A stretch of DNA of 64,000 nucleotides from Eledone cirrhosa (GCA_964016885.1 OZ024743.1:317440001-317504000); one strand, 5' to 3'; shown: positions 39,177 to 52,879, numbered from the stretch's first letter. The notes: generated from the letters alone by a model not told the origin. A program made the numbers and translations.

Positions 39177-40344
39177 CGGAATTTTTCATCATGGTTATTG
39201 ATCAAATACCATGCCATACACCATTAACTCATGATGATGTCGTAAAGTTACCGTAGTTATTTGGGGGCAAGCTCATACCTCTACAGGTCTAATTTTCCTC
39301 CAAAGAAAGAGAAAGAGAGATAAAGTAAGAAAGAGATATCTAGAGAGGGAGGATGAAAGCCAAAGTTAATCACGGCGGGATTTGAAGTCGAAGCGCTGAG
39401 AGCCGGAACGATTAGCGCAAAGCTTCCTATCGGACGTTCTAACCCTGCCAATTTGCAGCCTTATTGATCAAATACAATAACTCAAATTCAATAAGTTCTT
39501 AGTTTTGACAAAAATAAAAAAGACACATCAAGTTATTTAATCCAAGAAAATCTGAAAAAGAAATGGCAATTGCTAGGAAACCTCTGATGACAGGTCTACT
39601 GGATAAAGGCCGACCGTGGTATGGGTGGGCGGGATGTGGTACTAAACGTCTCTATACCTTTCTCAGCCAGGTGATGAAAGAATTCTGTGAAAAAGCTTGT
39701 GATTGTTCCACGTGCTAGAAATAGTAGCCAAATCTCTCAAATTACGTCTTAAAAGCGACTAATGTAGTCGTAAATAAACTACGTCCAGTCCACCTCCAAA
39801 ACACGGGGTTATAAAGACAGGCTTATTATGCATTTCGTCATATGTATTCTCAATCAGGACTGAACTGGGGCTAAACAACAGCCAAGTAATTTCAAAAGGA
39901 GCTTGCCTCAACCGGAGTCGATATTATTATCAATGTCCAGAGCCGGGCTTTCATCTACTGAGGCCCTAAGCTATATGAGGCCCTTCTCTAAAAAATTCGG
40001 GTAAAAAAATTATTTTTTATATTAATGTTAATGATCAAGAATAAATAATATATAGAATTTTTTATGCTTTAGTCTTAAAGAATAAGGCCCACGAGGGTGC
40101 GTGGCCTTTAGTTATAGCTTATGGGTAAGTCCAACACTGTCAATACCCAATATCCTTCCTTGTTTAAGCGTGAGGATGTGATATATGAGGTGCTATTTCT
40201 ATGTCATAGAAGCAGCCTTATTGGTTTGTAGTATCAACAATTTTCCTTTTTTTTTTGTTTTTCTTTTTTAACACAGACTCGCCAATCTCCCTGTTGAAAA
40301 CAGAATAAATTTTTTTTTAATGTTACAGCCATTTACGTGGAGTC

Positions 40345-40665
40345 CTTGTGATGAATTGAGGGTATTCTTTTCACCCAAGTGTACTCGGGGTCCTTATGAT
40401 GAATTGAGGATGTGTGTTTTTCCCCACCCAAGTGTACCTGGGATCCTTATGATGAATTGAGGGTGTCCCCCTCACCAAATGTACTCGGTATCCATTATGA
40501 TGAATTGAGGGTGTCCCCCCCCCCCCCCAATGTACTCGGGATCCTTATGTCGAATTGAGAGTGATTTTTCCGACCAAGTGTACTAGGCGTCCTTATAGGG
40601 TGTTTTCCCCCAAGTGTACATTAGGTCCTTATGATGAATTGAGGTTATTTTCCGCAAGTGTACCC
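40345..40665. repeat. Degenerate ~48-bp minisatellite, ~6 copies
   Basis: Unit tccttatgatgaattgagggtg..cccaagtgtactcggg. Confidence 0.8.
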
Positions 40666-42562
40666 AGCAACTGCTTTAAAGGTAACAAAAAAGATACAAA
40701 TAACTAATAAAAAGTAAACTTTAAAAGTTTGTATATTTATTTACATACAGGATTTAATGATAATTAAAACTGACATTATATAGACAAGCAAAGAAATTGC
40801 GAATCATTGGGGTCGATAAAATAAAGTACCAGTAATGCACTGGTTAATTGCTGGCCTTGTGCCAAAAGTAGAAACAATTATTTTGTTATTTTTTAAAAAC
40901 TTAAGTAAAAACATTTTAAAACAAATTTTCATTTATTTGTTTATTAAATGTTTTAAAGATATTTTTCTTTCGTAAGTGTCCCATAAATATTATTCTAGTT
41001 TTGATACGAATGAGGACAATATTCTATATATGTGAATGCGAGATTAAAACATCTGTACCTGTGTATATATAATTAACCCATTTAATTGCTAAACACAATC
41101 CACAGTGTTTACAAAACATTCAAGGTATGAAAAAATAACCTCAGCCGACTCAAGAAAATAAAAAGAAGAAAAGGAAACAGAGTCTGTTCTCGTGTAGAAT
41201 ATTCTGGCAAGCTTCTTTCAAATATTACAATTCGATAGAAAAATATATTTAATATGTTGTGATTTACAGGTCTAGTTCTGTTTTATTGAAATAAAATCAA
41301 GTACCCTCTCAACCCGATGTATTGAGTACAATGGAACACCATTCTAATATATATATATATATATATAATGTAGGAGGTGAGTTTTATTGTAGTACAATAA
41401 GCAATGCAGATATCGGATAAGAAGCACTCTACAGTTTGTGGGACTGGAGTATGCATAATATAATATATATAATTATATTATATATATATATATATATAAT
41501 TATATTATATATATATATATATATATATAGTGCTTTCTTTTATCTACTTCACAACCGACGGACCATTAAGTGGTCCGTACATCTTTGTTCGGTTAACCCC
41601 TTACTATACATATATATATGTGTGTGTGTGTGTGGTAAGAGAGAGAAAGAAATGATTTGAATGCGTAGTGTCTCTGATTTATAGAAGAGAAAATAAAATC
41701 GTATGAAGTTGATGCTGTTAGTAAGAACTTTTTATAAAACAAAAACATATCTGGGTGTGAGCGTGCACACACACGTTTCATTTTTGACAACCTTGACAAT
41801 TTAAGGACAATTAATTCTATCTTTGGCATTTTACTGCTCTGCGATGAAACTTCTTCGGAGTTAATTTTGCTTTTCTGTTTTCCATAAAATAAGTACTTTG
41901 ATAAATTACTATTTATATTGCTATGCTCTATATGTATTAATTTATAATAGTGATTCCTCTGTTATCGTATATATTACTTTATGTTGTTTTAGCTATTGCT
42001 TAAAAACAAATATTAGTTATATACTGAGGCTAGGTCAATACACTTTTTATATATATATTTTTTTTTACTGTCAATTCATAGAGGGAAGTGCTCAGGTTTC
42101 TTTTTAAGACCTCTGAGAATGAAAAGAGGAAGAAAGATTACTAAAAGTAATTTAGGGGCCAGGTGGTGGTGATACACCGGGCTACCTTCTTGATAAAACC
42201 TGGTTTTGTTCATAGCCCAAACAAATTAATATTTTATTGCTCAATTTTGATTCACAGTAATTTAATGTATTATATAGTGTACCGAAGAAGGAAATGTTGT
42301 CACATGTTGACATTCTCCAATATGCCATCTATCTACCTGTCTATCTATCTATCTAAACATATCTATCTATCTAAATACCTAAACCGATGATTTTACTGTT
42401 TACTGTATGGAAATATATAAACAAAATAAAAATAACTTTATAGCGTTACGGATGTGTGTTCGGACAAAGTTTAAAGAAATTAATACAGCAGCAGAACTTA
42501 ACTCGTTTTTCCGGTAATTATAAGTTTCAACAATAGTTTTACCAAATAAAAATACCACTTAC

Positions 42563-42623
42563 CTTCACAGGTTACCAGATAAAGATCCAAAAGTGCAAAA
42601 GCAATTAATAAGAATTTCTTCAT
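42563..42623 (-). CDS. PLOD: PLOD (procollagen-lysine,2-oxoglutarate 5-dioxygenase) coding exon 1, signal peptide MKKFLLIAFALLDLYLVTCE
   Basis: ATG at 42623, basic/hydrophobic signal-peptide pattern, strong donor GAAG|GTAAGT. The 61-nt exon ends in phase 1 and joins in frame (G|AA = Glu) to the exon at 5513. Confidence 0.8.
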
Positions 42624-42963
42624 GATTAACGATTAAAGAAGATACATCAGTAAAGACGACTATTTGTTATGTATAGAAGATAACCGAAGAGGGAGATATA
42701 AGCTACGGCAACTTAGATGCCACACAAGAAAGTGTGCGAATGAAAATGGTAAACGTGGAACTATGAAAAATGATTGGAAGTAGAAAGAGGAGAAAAAGAA
42801 GCTGAGTTGAGTCTGGTGTGCCACATCAGCAACTTCCGAGAGGCTGTAGTAAGTAAGTAACTCGATATTTTACTGTTTAGAGATCTCGGTGACGAGCGAA
42901 TGGAAGGAAAAGAGTAGTGAAAGATGTTCTCATAACATCAACATTCGTTTCTTCATTTCCGTC

Positions 42964-42975
42964 GACGTCACTTCC
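42964..42975 (-). promoter_or_regulatory. Composite ETS-CRE-like motif (GGAAGTGACGTC) in the probable PLOD promoter
   Basis: Minus strand reads GGAGAGGAAGTGACGTCGACGGAA about 340 bp upstream of the PLOD ATG, in unique CpG-containing sequence. Confidence 0.45.
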
Positions 42976-43124
42976 TCTCCAAAATAAACCCCGACCCCTC
43001 ATTCTAATCACTGCATTTCTATTTCTTTCTTCCACATATAAACATTATTTAATCAATCTAATTGTCCGTGTAACGCTAGTAACTCATGAGAGACACTACA
43101 GAAAGGTAGCTAATAATCCTTACA

Positions 43125-43293
43125 TACGAAGGTGGGCTGAAAAGTTCATAGGTTGACTATGAAAGAGTGATGCTAGAGCTGTGAAATCTTGTATGCATTA
43201 ATTTCAACTCTTATTAATTACTGCATTGTTTTTTTCCATGTTCAAAAATAAACCTCATTTGGTCAGCCTATAAAGTTTTCAGCCGACCCACGA
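43125..43293. mobile_element. mariner-like MITE just upstream of the PLOD promoter
   Basis: TIRs tacgaaggtgggctgaaaagttcataggttgac / gtcagcctataaagttttcagccgacccacgaa. Confidence 0.65.
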
Positions 43294-43399
43294 ATGTAAG
43301 AAATGAAAACAAGAGAGAAAGAAGGTGGGACGGGCTTATATAGAACAGATAAATATTTTTGTAGTTAAATCTTTTCTCTATCTACCATACATTGGAAGA

Positions 43400-43660
43400 T
43401 CTTATGGTTGAGTGGATCTTTGAAAATAAATTGCACCTCCAACATTGGTAGACTTTTTAAAGATCAGTTTTAAAACGTTTACGTTTCTCTTAGACTGGTA
43501 ATTTCTACATTGGAACAAATGATTCCATAGAGTTTCTGGATAGTTTCTACAAGAACATGGAGATGATTCTATACAACCTGTTTGAGCTAAATATAGATTA
43601 AGGGAATAAGACCCGTTTGAATAGGATTTACAAAATAAATTAATATGGAAATAAAAAAAA
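43400..43660 (-). mobile_element. LINE ORF2 C-terminal zinc-knuckle remnant (I/Jockey/R1-like)
   Basis: LNLYL..TG..ESSPCSC....ETL.NHLFQC..Y..KR. Confidence 0.55.
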
Positions 43661-44961
43661 AACAGAACAAAGGCATGCACACTGAATTAGACACTACAAC
43701 AGGGAATGTTGGTGTTCCCTCTAAAAGTTTTCTCAGACAAGCCAAGACACGATATTACTATGGGTGATGGTGAGGCTAAGCTGCTGGAATAGTCAATCAC
43801 TACCATTGTGCTTAGGTGTGTTTAAACACAGGGCCCCGTCGGCTATGGTGGGGGGCATCTTGCCAAAACACTTTTTTACGAATAAGGGGCCTCATAACTC
43901 AACTAGCAAAGGGCCTCATTTGTCCTAAATCTGGCACTAATCACCACAGAATGAAATCAATAGTTTAGTGGCAATCTTTCTTCGATAAAAAAAAAATTAG
44001 CGACGTTAAATCTTCAATACCACTTTTCAACTTTTATTCCTCTTTTTTTTTCTTTTGTTGTAGTCAGAATATCAACATGTTTTGTTTTTATGTTTGGAAA
44101 TAGGTATTTATTAAAAGGGATGCAATGACTGCGATTTTTTTTTCTTTTTTTTTTTACGATTGAAATAATTTGCTTAAAACAGGCTAAAAGTATTAACACA
44201 AAGAATCATTGCATCTCAATATACAGTTGTTGTTTTTTTTCATATACAAAAACATGGTCAAGTTTTGGCCGCGGCAAAAAAAAATTGGAAAATGACCCTA
44301 AAGATTTTACGCCGTTAAAGTATAGTTTAGCCTGTCTTGTAAACATCTTTAGACTGTACTTTACGTTCTTCTAAGTTTGGTAGATTAAATACCAGTAATG
44401 CATTGCGGTTATTTCAGGATAATGTTATATAAAAATCACCCTTGTTGATTTCAGGGGGGAATAATTATTTTTCCTGTTATTTTTACCTTTTTTTTTTTGC
44501 TATTAATTAAACTTACCTCCAAATATGATACAAAATATAGAAGACCCCCCCCCTCCCATGAAACCGGAGGGGGCGAGGGGGAGAACCCTCGGACTTTTCA
44601 CCCTCACCCCGGAATTGTCTTTACCATTTGTTTTTTTTTTTGTGACTTAAAATTATTCTTTTTTACTTAGGGTTAGGGTTTAGTGTTAGTGGTTATACCT
44701 ATGAAAAAAAATTTCCCATCAAATGCGTGAGGGGTGTAGATCTGCGAAACTCCGAAGGTCTTTACCTCTTTCCCATTCCTTTTCTAGAAAAATCTCCGGG
44801 GTACGGGTGGGGGTGGTAGTTAAAAGTCCGAACTTACGAAACGCTGAGAGAATAAATTTAGTATGCTCAGATACAGAAAATAACTTTACTCTATTTTGTA
44901 AGTTATTCTATAACAACTGACTGTACTTACAGTTATTTTCTGCGTCTGAGCATATTACATC

Positions 44962-44989
<28 letters not shown>

Positions 44990-44996
<7 letters not shown>

Positions 44997-46040
44997 GAAC
45001 TTAACTAAAAACCGCAAAAGAAACATAACATGGTACAACGCACCCTTCAACCTGCAAACTATTGGACAAATCCAAAAAATATTCTTCGAAATTCTACATA
45101 AACATTTTCCATCAAACCACAGATACCACCAAATATTTAACAGGTATACTGTTAAATTCTCATACTCTACATCAAACAATCTCCAGCAAAAAATATGCAA
45201 CTAGAACATTTATAAATTTAAAAATAATATGACCACACCACCACAACATAATTTAAATAGGACTGTACCTTTTAAAAGGACAAATAATACAATCCTTCAA
45301 CCTGGAAAACACAACCACCCAAATCACCAACACAAAAACAACATGACACAAAATCACAATACAACCCCAGCACTAAACCACCCACAAAGCAGCACTCATT
45401 CTCTCTCTAACCTTAATTACAATAAGAATAGCTCAAGAATTAATGAGAATTATGTAGGTACCCCCAACAACCATCTTACGTATGGTTGTAATTGCAGAAA
45501 TAGAAGCGTTTTCCCCTTAAATGGCAACTGTTTGATTAATAATGTAATATATAAATGCAGTGTCTACTACTGACTCCAACAAATCATATATAGGATCTAC
45601 ATCGAACACATTTAAGAAAAGATATTACGCACACTCCAGTAGCTTTAACAATACTAAACTAGCTAACACCACATCTTTAGCTGAAGCAGTAAATAACTAT
45701 AAAAAGAAAAAAATAGATTTCAAGCTATCGTGGAATACCATTCTGCAAAGAACTCCATATCTTGGGAACAGGAGAGAATGCAGATTATGTTCCGGGGAGA
45801 TCTTGGAATTTACTAAATCTAAGGACGATTTATTGAATAAAAGACAGGAACTGATTATAGCTTGTAATCACCGTATACGAAAAACATTTAAATACTATAA
45901 GCCTAATTAAACATTCTAAATAGCAACTCACTATAGTTCTATGTGACGTACCATTTGTTAGTATCCCCTTCCCCTAAGTATACGCCTTCCTGTTTATTTT
46001 TTTATTTTTTAACCTTTTAATTTTTTAGCTTCCATAGATT
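44990..46040 (+). mobile_element. Penelope-like element 3' part (GIY-YIG endonuclease), frameshifted
   Basis: RKRNITWYNAPF..HFPSNHRYHQIFNR.TVKFSYS, CNC..PLNGNC, VIYKC...YIGSTSNTFKKRY..H, CRLC..E, LLNKRQE...C.H. Confidence 0.9.
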
Positions 46041-46049
46041 CATGCGTTA

Positions 46050-47360
46050 CTGACTAAGGGCATCAAGGTACATAACCACCTGTAACACAACCTTAGCCTT
46101 CCTCAAGCACTCCTTCAGTTTCCTTATCAGTGAATCGTAGTCAGTGTCTATGCCGTCTCCTTGACGCCACTTTTCCTGCATAATGGCTTCCTGCAGTTGC
46201 GCCTCATTGAAGACCCGGACGCGTTCTCACTTCGACGCCATATGCAGCGCCTTCTTCTCCCTTGTCCGGTCGATGACGACCCTCGCCCTCACCAGACGAT
46301 GATCACTGCCAGTGTTGAATTGCGTTATGACGGAGACGCCTTGTAGTATGCGTCGCTTGTCGACCAAGATGTAATCAATCTCATTTCAGCGCTCAAAATT
46401 TGGCGATACCCAGGTCCATCTCTTCTCCTTCTTCTTCCTGAATAGGCTGTTTCCGATGGAGAGCCATCTCGCCTCTGCCATGGTGACAAGACGCTCTCCT
46501 CTCTCATTTCGCTCTCCTAGGCCAAATCTTCCGACATACTCTTCCCCTTGCCGTCCCTGTCTGACCTTTGCGTTGAAGTCTCCCATCACGATGGTGTAAG
46601 TGGACTCCACAGCTAGCACTTTGTCTAGCTGGCGATAGAATTCTTCCACCTCATCATCGTCGCTGGCACTTGTGGGAGCGTAGGTCTGGACGATCTTGAG
46701 GGTGGCCTTCCCTGAGAGGTTCACATTCAGTACACCAATCTGTGACGATATGAACTGGCAAGAAGTGACCTTCGAAGCACATTCCTTGCTTACGATGAAC
46801 CCTATACCTCCGATCGATCTGGCACCCTCTGCTTTCCCGAGTCTCAAGGCGCATACATCTTGCCATCGCGAACTCCCCTCCTTCTTCTGGCGGGTCTCGC
46901 ACAGCCCTAACACGTCACACCTGATCTTCTTCTCTTCCAGTAGGTGGTTCAGTCCTTGCCCCCTGCCAAAGACCTGTAGTTGTAGGTGCATATGGCAATG
47001 TTAGTCCTGTTCCATAGCAGCCTTCGGGAACCTGTGATTCTTAGCAGCCTCTTGTTGCTCGGGTTGCACTCTGCCGTCGTGGAGTGGCCCGATTGACGCG
47101 CAGGGTACTGAGGCCTTTTTCTTCGTACTGTTTTAACCATAAGATGACGCCATACCACTGACTGGGCGGAGAGGCCGGTACCTCTTCAGTTTAGCTAGCT
47201 TTTGAACTCTAGAAGATGATGAATCATCTCTAGGACCAATAGTCTGATACCTGTGTAGCATGGTAAAACCTGCCAGGACATTGAGTCCCGCTACCATAGC
47301 TATCAGACAGCCAGGGTCACCGCTGCGCCACTTTTGAGGCACTGAAGTAGGATTTTGCAT
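46050..47360 (-). mobile_element. RTE-clade LINE 5' portion (5' UTR and apurinic endonuclease), disrupted
   Basis: ICTYN.RSL, DVLGLCETR, YAPT, MGDFNAKV, WTWVSPN and EIDYIL motifs. Confidence 0.9.
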
Positions 47361-47389
47361 TATATTTATATATATATATATATGATGGC

Positions 47390-50049
47390 TGCAAACTCTG
47401 CCAAGAGTATTGCAATCGCTTGTCAGATTCAGATGTGTGATGCTCGGATATGGCTTTTCAAGCCTGCTAGAGACTTGCACTCCTTCACACACTGACGACA
47501 ACTATGGATCTTCCTGGCTTGAGGTCCTGCATCAGGTTGCCTGCGAACCCTCACAACATTGTGGAAATCATAGTTCACTGGTTCTCTTTGAACATGGCTG
47601 CGTCTGTGGCTCCTGAGACCAGATTTGCTCAAGCAAATCTTTCCACATTCAGGGCACTTCAATTCAATGGAGACACCGATCGTTTCAAGAGATACACCAG
47701 GGCATTGCTTATGCACATCCTGTTTGATCTTCTCGTGCTCTATGCGTCTGTCCTCAAAATTATGGACCCCATGATTTACCATCCCACGCCAAGTTTCTCT
47801 TTCAAGAGCTTCTATCTCCCAGTCAGCCATCATCAAACCAGTTTTTTTCAATGAGTCCTTTACACAATCCTTGAATCGGCGCCTTGGCTTGTGAGGTGGT
47901 CTCTTACCCTCACAAAGCTTGCCATACAAGAGTTGTTTTGGGATTCGACCATCCTCCATTCTGCAGAGGCGTCCGGTCCATCTCAAATGCTGTTGGTGGA
48001 TGATACTCTCAATGCTCCGACACTCACTTCTCTCAAGGACCTCAACATCACTCACATGTATCTGCCACTTGATACCGAGCATCTTTCTGAGACACTGCTG
48101 GTGAAACCGTTCCAGTCTGTAGATATGCCGTTTGTAGGCAACCCATGTCTCACATGCATACAGCAAAGCTGACAGTACACATGCAGCATGCACTCTCACC
48201 TTGGTCCTCATTGTAATTCCTCGCCTGCACCAAAGACGGTCGTTGAGCCTTCCAAACGACTCACTTGCCTTACTAACACGTAGACCAACTTCTGCATCCA
48301 GAGAGCAGGCCACACTCAGAGTACTCCCCAAATACACAAATGTGTCAGCAGCCTTCAGCTTTTGACCATATACGTATATGGAGGGTTCATTGAAAACTTT
48401 ATCCGGAGCATGTTGGTACATGACGACAGTCTTCTTTAAACTGATTGTCAGTCCCAAAGCACTGCACGCATTGGAAAAAGAATTCATAAGAATTCATGTC
48501 ACTCTGGGAGTGTGCAAAGAGATCACAATCATCTGCATATAAAACTTCTCTGATCAAGGTACTCAGTACCTTAGTGTTGGCAGTGAGACGCCTGAGGTTA
48601 AACAGCTTGCCGGAAATGCGATATCTGAGATAGATACCGTGTTGACAATCCTTGAAGGCCATGAAGAACACCATTTCGAAATACAAGGCAAACAAAGTCG
48701 GTGCAGGTGTATCACCCTGCTTGACACCATTTTCAACCATGCCTGCATGTCATCGTGGAAGAGTTTCAGAATGTTCACAAACTTTTCAGGACAGCCCAAT
48801 CTCTCCAAAGTAACCCACAAAGCCTTCCGATTAACGGTGTCAAATGCCTTGGTCAGATCGACAAAAGCTTGGTATAAGTCCATGCGCTGCTCTATGCATT
48901 TCTCTTGAAGTTGTTTGGCCGAGAAGATCATGTCAATAGTGCCTCTGCCATTCCTAAAGCCACATTGGGACTCAGGAAGTACCCCAACAGCAATGTGCTG
49001 TATTAATCTGTCCAACAAAATCCTGCACAAGATCTTCCCAGCCACATAGCAGTGAGATACCTCTGTAGTTGCCACAGTCATCCTTGGCTCCCTTTCCTTT
49101 GCAAAGTACCATCATCAATGCATCTTTCCAGTCCTGTGGTACATCTTCATTCCAAACATTCACAAAGAGATCAGTGAGGCGGTTTAAGAAGTTATCACGA
49201 GCACATTTAAAAATCTCGGCATTCAGTCCATCCATTCCAGATGACTTGCCGCTGTTTAATTTGACTATAGCCTTCGCCACCTCAACAAATGAAGGAGGAT
49301 CAGCCATTGCCAGCTTTGTAGGTCTGGTTGGAATCGACCGGATGAACTCATCATCAATTTCTGATGGTCTGTTGAGAAGCTATCAAAGAGGTCATACCAC
49401 CTGATAAGGATTTCCTTCGGATCTCTGAGCAATTCCTTGCCGTCCCTGGAGCGAAGTGATGATATTTGTGGACCAGTCGGACCATACACCTTCCTGAGCA
49501 GACTGTATAAGAGCTTTGTATCATGTCTATCTGAGGCCTTCTGGATTTCATCAGCCTTTTGGATCCACCAGGTATTCTGCATGGCTCTCAACCGATGTTG
49601 CACACGTACCTTGACCTGCCTGAAGGTCCGGTCACTCCTGTCAGAACGTGTCTCACACAACAATGATGTCAGCACTTTTTGTTTCTCTTTTGTTTCTGGA
49701 TCACTGCATCATTTTCATCGAACCAGTCTTTATGCTTTCTATTGGTATGACCTAAAACTCCAGCACTAACATCATAGACAGTTTTCTTCAATGATTCCCA
49801 CGTATTTTCACATTCCATGGACTCAAGGGACTTCGACAGCCCAGCTCTGACTTTCTCTGTTTTCAGACGAGCCACGTTTAGTTGTTTTGGGAGTACAGCC
49901 TTCTTCCCCCTTACTTTTGGCTTCACAATAAATATGGCGCGCACCAGACGATGGTCAGTCCAACATTCCGTGCCTCGCAATACACGAACCAATGTGATAT
50001 CCCTGATATCACGTTTCCTCGTTAAAATAAAGTCAATAAGGTGCCACTT
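47390..50049 (-). mobile_element. BovB-like RTE LINE, 5'-truncated and frameshifted, with two C-terminal C2H2 fingers
   Basis: ECWTDHRLV, NYRGISLL, LPESQCGFR..RGT.DMIF, FVDLTKAFDTV, GVKQG, LYADD, GLTISLKKT, LLYACETW, CPECGK..H and CRQC..H. Confidence 0.93.
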
Positions 50050-50087
50050 CTATATATATATATATATATATATCATATATATATAGA

Positions 50088-50709
50088 TGTAGGCGAAATC
50101 TGTCCGCGCCTTGAACCTTGGGTGACACCTAAAGGTCAAATTCTAGGTCAACACCCTTTTGGTGTAGACAGTTTGATGTGTTGACTATCCCCTCAAGGTG
50201 GGATACAGGAAGTGACAGCTATATATACAGCCTGTACTATCCTACTTTAGCCAGAGCATTACGCTAGCAACTAACTATGTAAGGATTCACTGCTATCAAC
50301 AGACCCCAGTGGTCTACAGAAATAGAGACATCGGAACATCCCACTACAGAACAAGCTATGTGAAAGATTCACCACTATCAACAGACCCCATGAGGTCTAC
50401 AGATACACACAGAGAGATTGGAGCCCTACTACTACAGACCATGTACAAGCCACAGTGGTCTACAACCAATTACAGACCATTCAGAGGTATACAAACCATT
50501 ACTCTCTCTCTCACTCACTATGGTCTCAACTATTACCACGGACTCCAACAACAACAACAACATTATCTGTTTGCTCGCTGTTTTCACGTCAAAAACATTG
50601 TCAACTTAACAACTCTTGGTAACTGTTTTATATGTACTTTTTAATTGATTCACGTGAAGTAAACCATATATAAACCAAATCATTTATTCTTTATATTCTC
50701 GTTATTACA
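50088..50709. mobile_element. Possible solo LTR or unclassified insertion next to (TA)n
   Basis: Starts TGTA and may end TACA, with a TATA-like element and internal acagacccca..ggtctacaga repeats. No TSD seen. Confidence 0.3.
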
Positions 50710-51179
50710 CCTATACTTATTATACTTGTTATTTTAACTATTATTCATGTTATTTCCTCTATCAACTAATAACCACATATAATTGTTTCTAATTTTGGCA
50801 CAAGGCCAGCAATTACCCAGTACATTACTGGTACTTTATTTTATCGACCCCGTAAGGATGAAAGGCAAAGTTAACTTCGGCGGGATTTGAACTCAGAATG
50901 ATAAGGACCGTAACTCTATGCGTCAAAGCATGGTGTCCGACCCTCTACCGATACTGCCAATCCACCGATTAATAACCACATATAATGATTTCACATAACC
51001 ATTCAATATAAATTAACTATTTCATACCCTTCGTTATATATATATATATAATTGGTGTGGGATGCTTAAAGCGTCCGTAAGCGGTAGGCCGTTTGAGCAC
51101 TCGATGCTCTTACAGAGCACAGTATAATATCACATAAGAAACGGAGAATCAGTGGTGGAAACTCTGGTTCGTAGAATCG

Positions 51180-51276
51180 AGACATATCCGAGGATCTTGC
51201 GATTTCAGAGTCAGGTTTGATCATTGCATCGATCGTGCCTCGAGCTGGTCGCCAGAGAAACGATTGTAATATGTCT
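51180..51276 (+). ncRNA. Type I hammerhead motif with 8-bp stem I, long stem II and a CCGAGGA core variant
   Basis: AGACATAT-CCGAGGA-[TCTtGCGATT...GGTCGCcAGA]-GAAA-C gatt G-TA-ATATGTCT, immediately followed by AATAAA. Confidence 0.68.
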
Positions 51277-52879
51277 AATAAATCTTATTCGTCACACCAC
51301 TGATTCTCCGTTTCTTATTATATATATATATATATATATGTAGAGAGAGAGAGAGAAATAAAGAGAATTAACATAAGTGTTGAAGGAGGAGTATTCATAC
51401 TGAGCAGAGAGAGACAGAGAGGCAAAGAACGAACACACACGCACACTCGAATGCTTATAACGTTTGTACGAAGTTACATTTTCTTTTCACCCTTTCTTCG
51501 TTATTCTTCATGGATGTAATAAATATAAATATATATTGGTGCCCCAGCATGGCCTCATCCGGATGGCTGGAACAGGTAAAAGAGTAATATATACATATAT
51601 ATATATATTTCTTTTTTCGATTTCCTTCTTTCTCCGCCCTCCCCACCTTTTTCCTCAAATCACTGGTTTATTTTACACTATATTTGTTGTGTTTGAACGT
51701 AGGCAATGGTTGGATGCCCTTCCTAACACCAACCACTTCACAGCATCTACTTGTCTATTTTCTTGTGGCACCACCACTACTACCACCTGACAGAGTCGAC
51801 TAGATGCTTTTTATCATGTCACCAGCCTGTATAACAAAATACAGACGTGGTAAAATTCATTTATTTATTTATTCATACATTTCTACTTATTTATCTATTG
51901 TTACCCGTTGCATCATGGGTAACACTAGTTGGAGTAAAACTCCTAAAGAAAACCAACTCTGTTGCAACGGGTGTCTCCGACCATTCTCCGCAGTTGTGAC
52001 TTTGCCATTTTGTCCGCAGGGGCGCGGATGAGGCACCGCTCAAACTTAAGTGTAGTGTCTGTCGCCCCCCCTCTCTCCTTTTCTTTCATTGCTTGACCCC
52101 ACTTTTATTCTTTTTTTGCTCCCTTAAAAAAAAACGTAACAGTTATCTTAGGATTTCAACTCCTAACCTCAATATAACGAAAATGAAACGAAAGGAAGGT
52201 CTTTGGTTATGGCTGGTTATAGATTATGTACCCACGATTGACTGACCATGGGGTTGCCTCTCCAAGGTAAGTCCAGCACTGGCACCAGTGGTCTAAAACA
52301 GCATGAATGAAATAAAGTGTTTTCTTCAAGGATACAACGTTCCACCCGGTCTGAGAATTAAAGTTACGATCTTACTATAATCAATGGATCAGCATCCTAA
52401 CCACTAAGCTACACGTCTTCACTATAATGAAAATAAAATGGAAAAGAAAAAAACAAGAAAGAAATAAAGTAAAAATGAAAACCAATTTATTTTTTTCAGA
52501 TCAAAATTAAACTGAAAGGTGAATGAAAACGAAAGCAACAATCGAAAAATCAGTCAAGCGTGTAAAGAAAAAAGAAGGGAAAGAAAGAAAGAGTGAAAGA
52601 AAGAAAGAAAGAATGAAAGAAAGAAAAGCGTAGATGTGAAGATGTAAGTGTAGATCTTATTTGTAAATGACGTTTTTTTTTTCATCCGAGATAAATAAAC
52701 AAGGAAGGAGTTGATATATCAGATGAAAGGTATTTAACTAATGTATTGGTACGCGGCCCACCCTCACTGGTTGATGACGATATTGTTATCGACTTTTTTT
52801 AGATCCTCTTTAACTTTTCTTTAAAAACATCATATATCGTTGTCATCATTGTTGTTGCCATCATCATCAAAACCACGCA

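Noticed and set aside
41545-41596. Hairpin aaccga-cggacca ttaag tggtccg-...-tcggtt as another hammerhead
   Set aside because: Stems are present but neither CUGANGA nor GAAA can be placed.
44667-44696. Interstitial telomeric repeat (TTAGGG)
   Set aside because: Only two perfect units inside transposon-like sequence.
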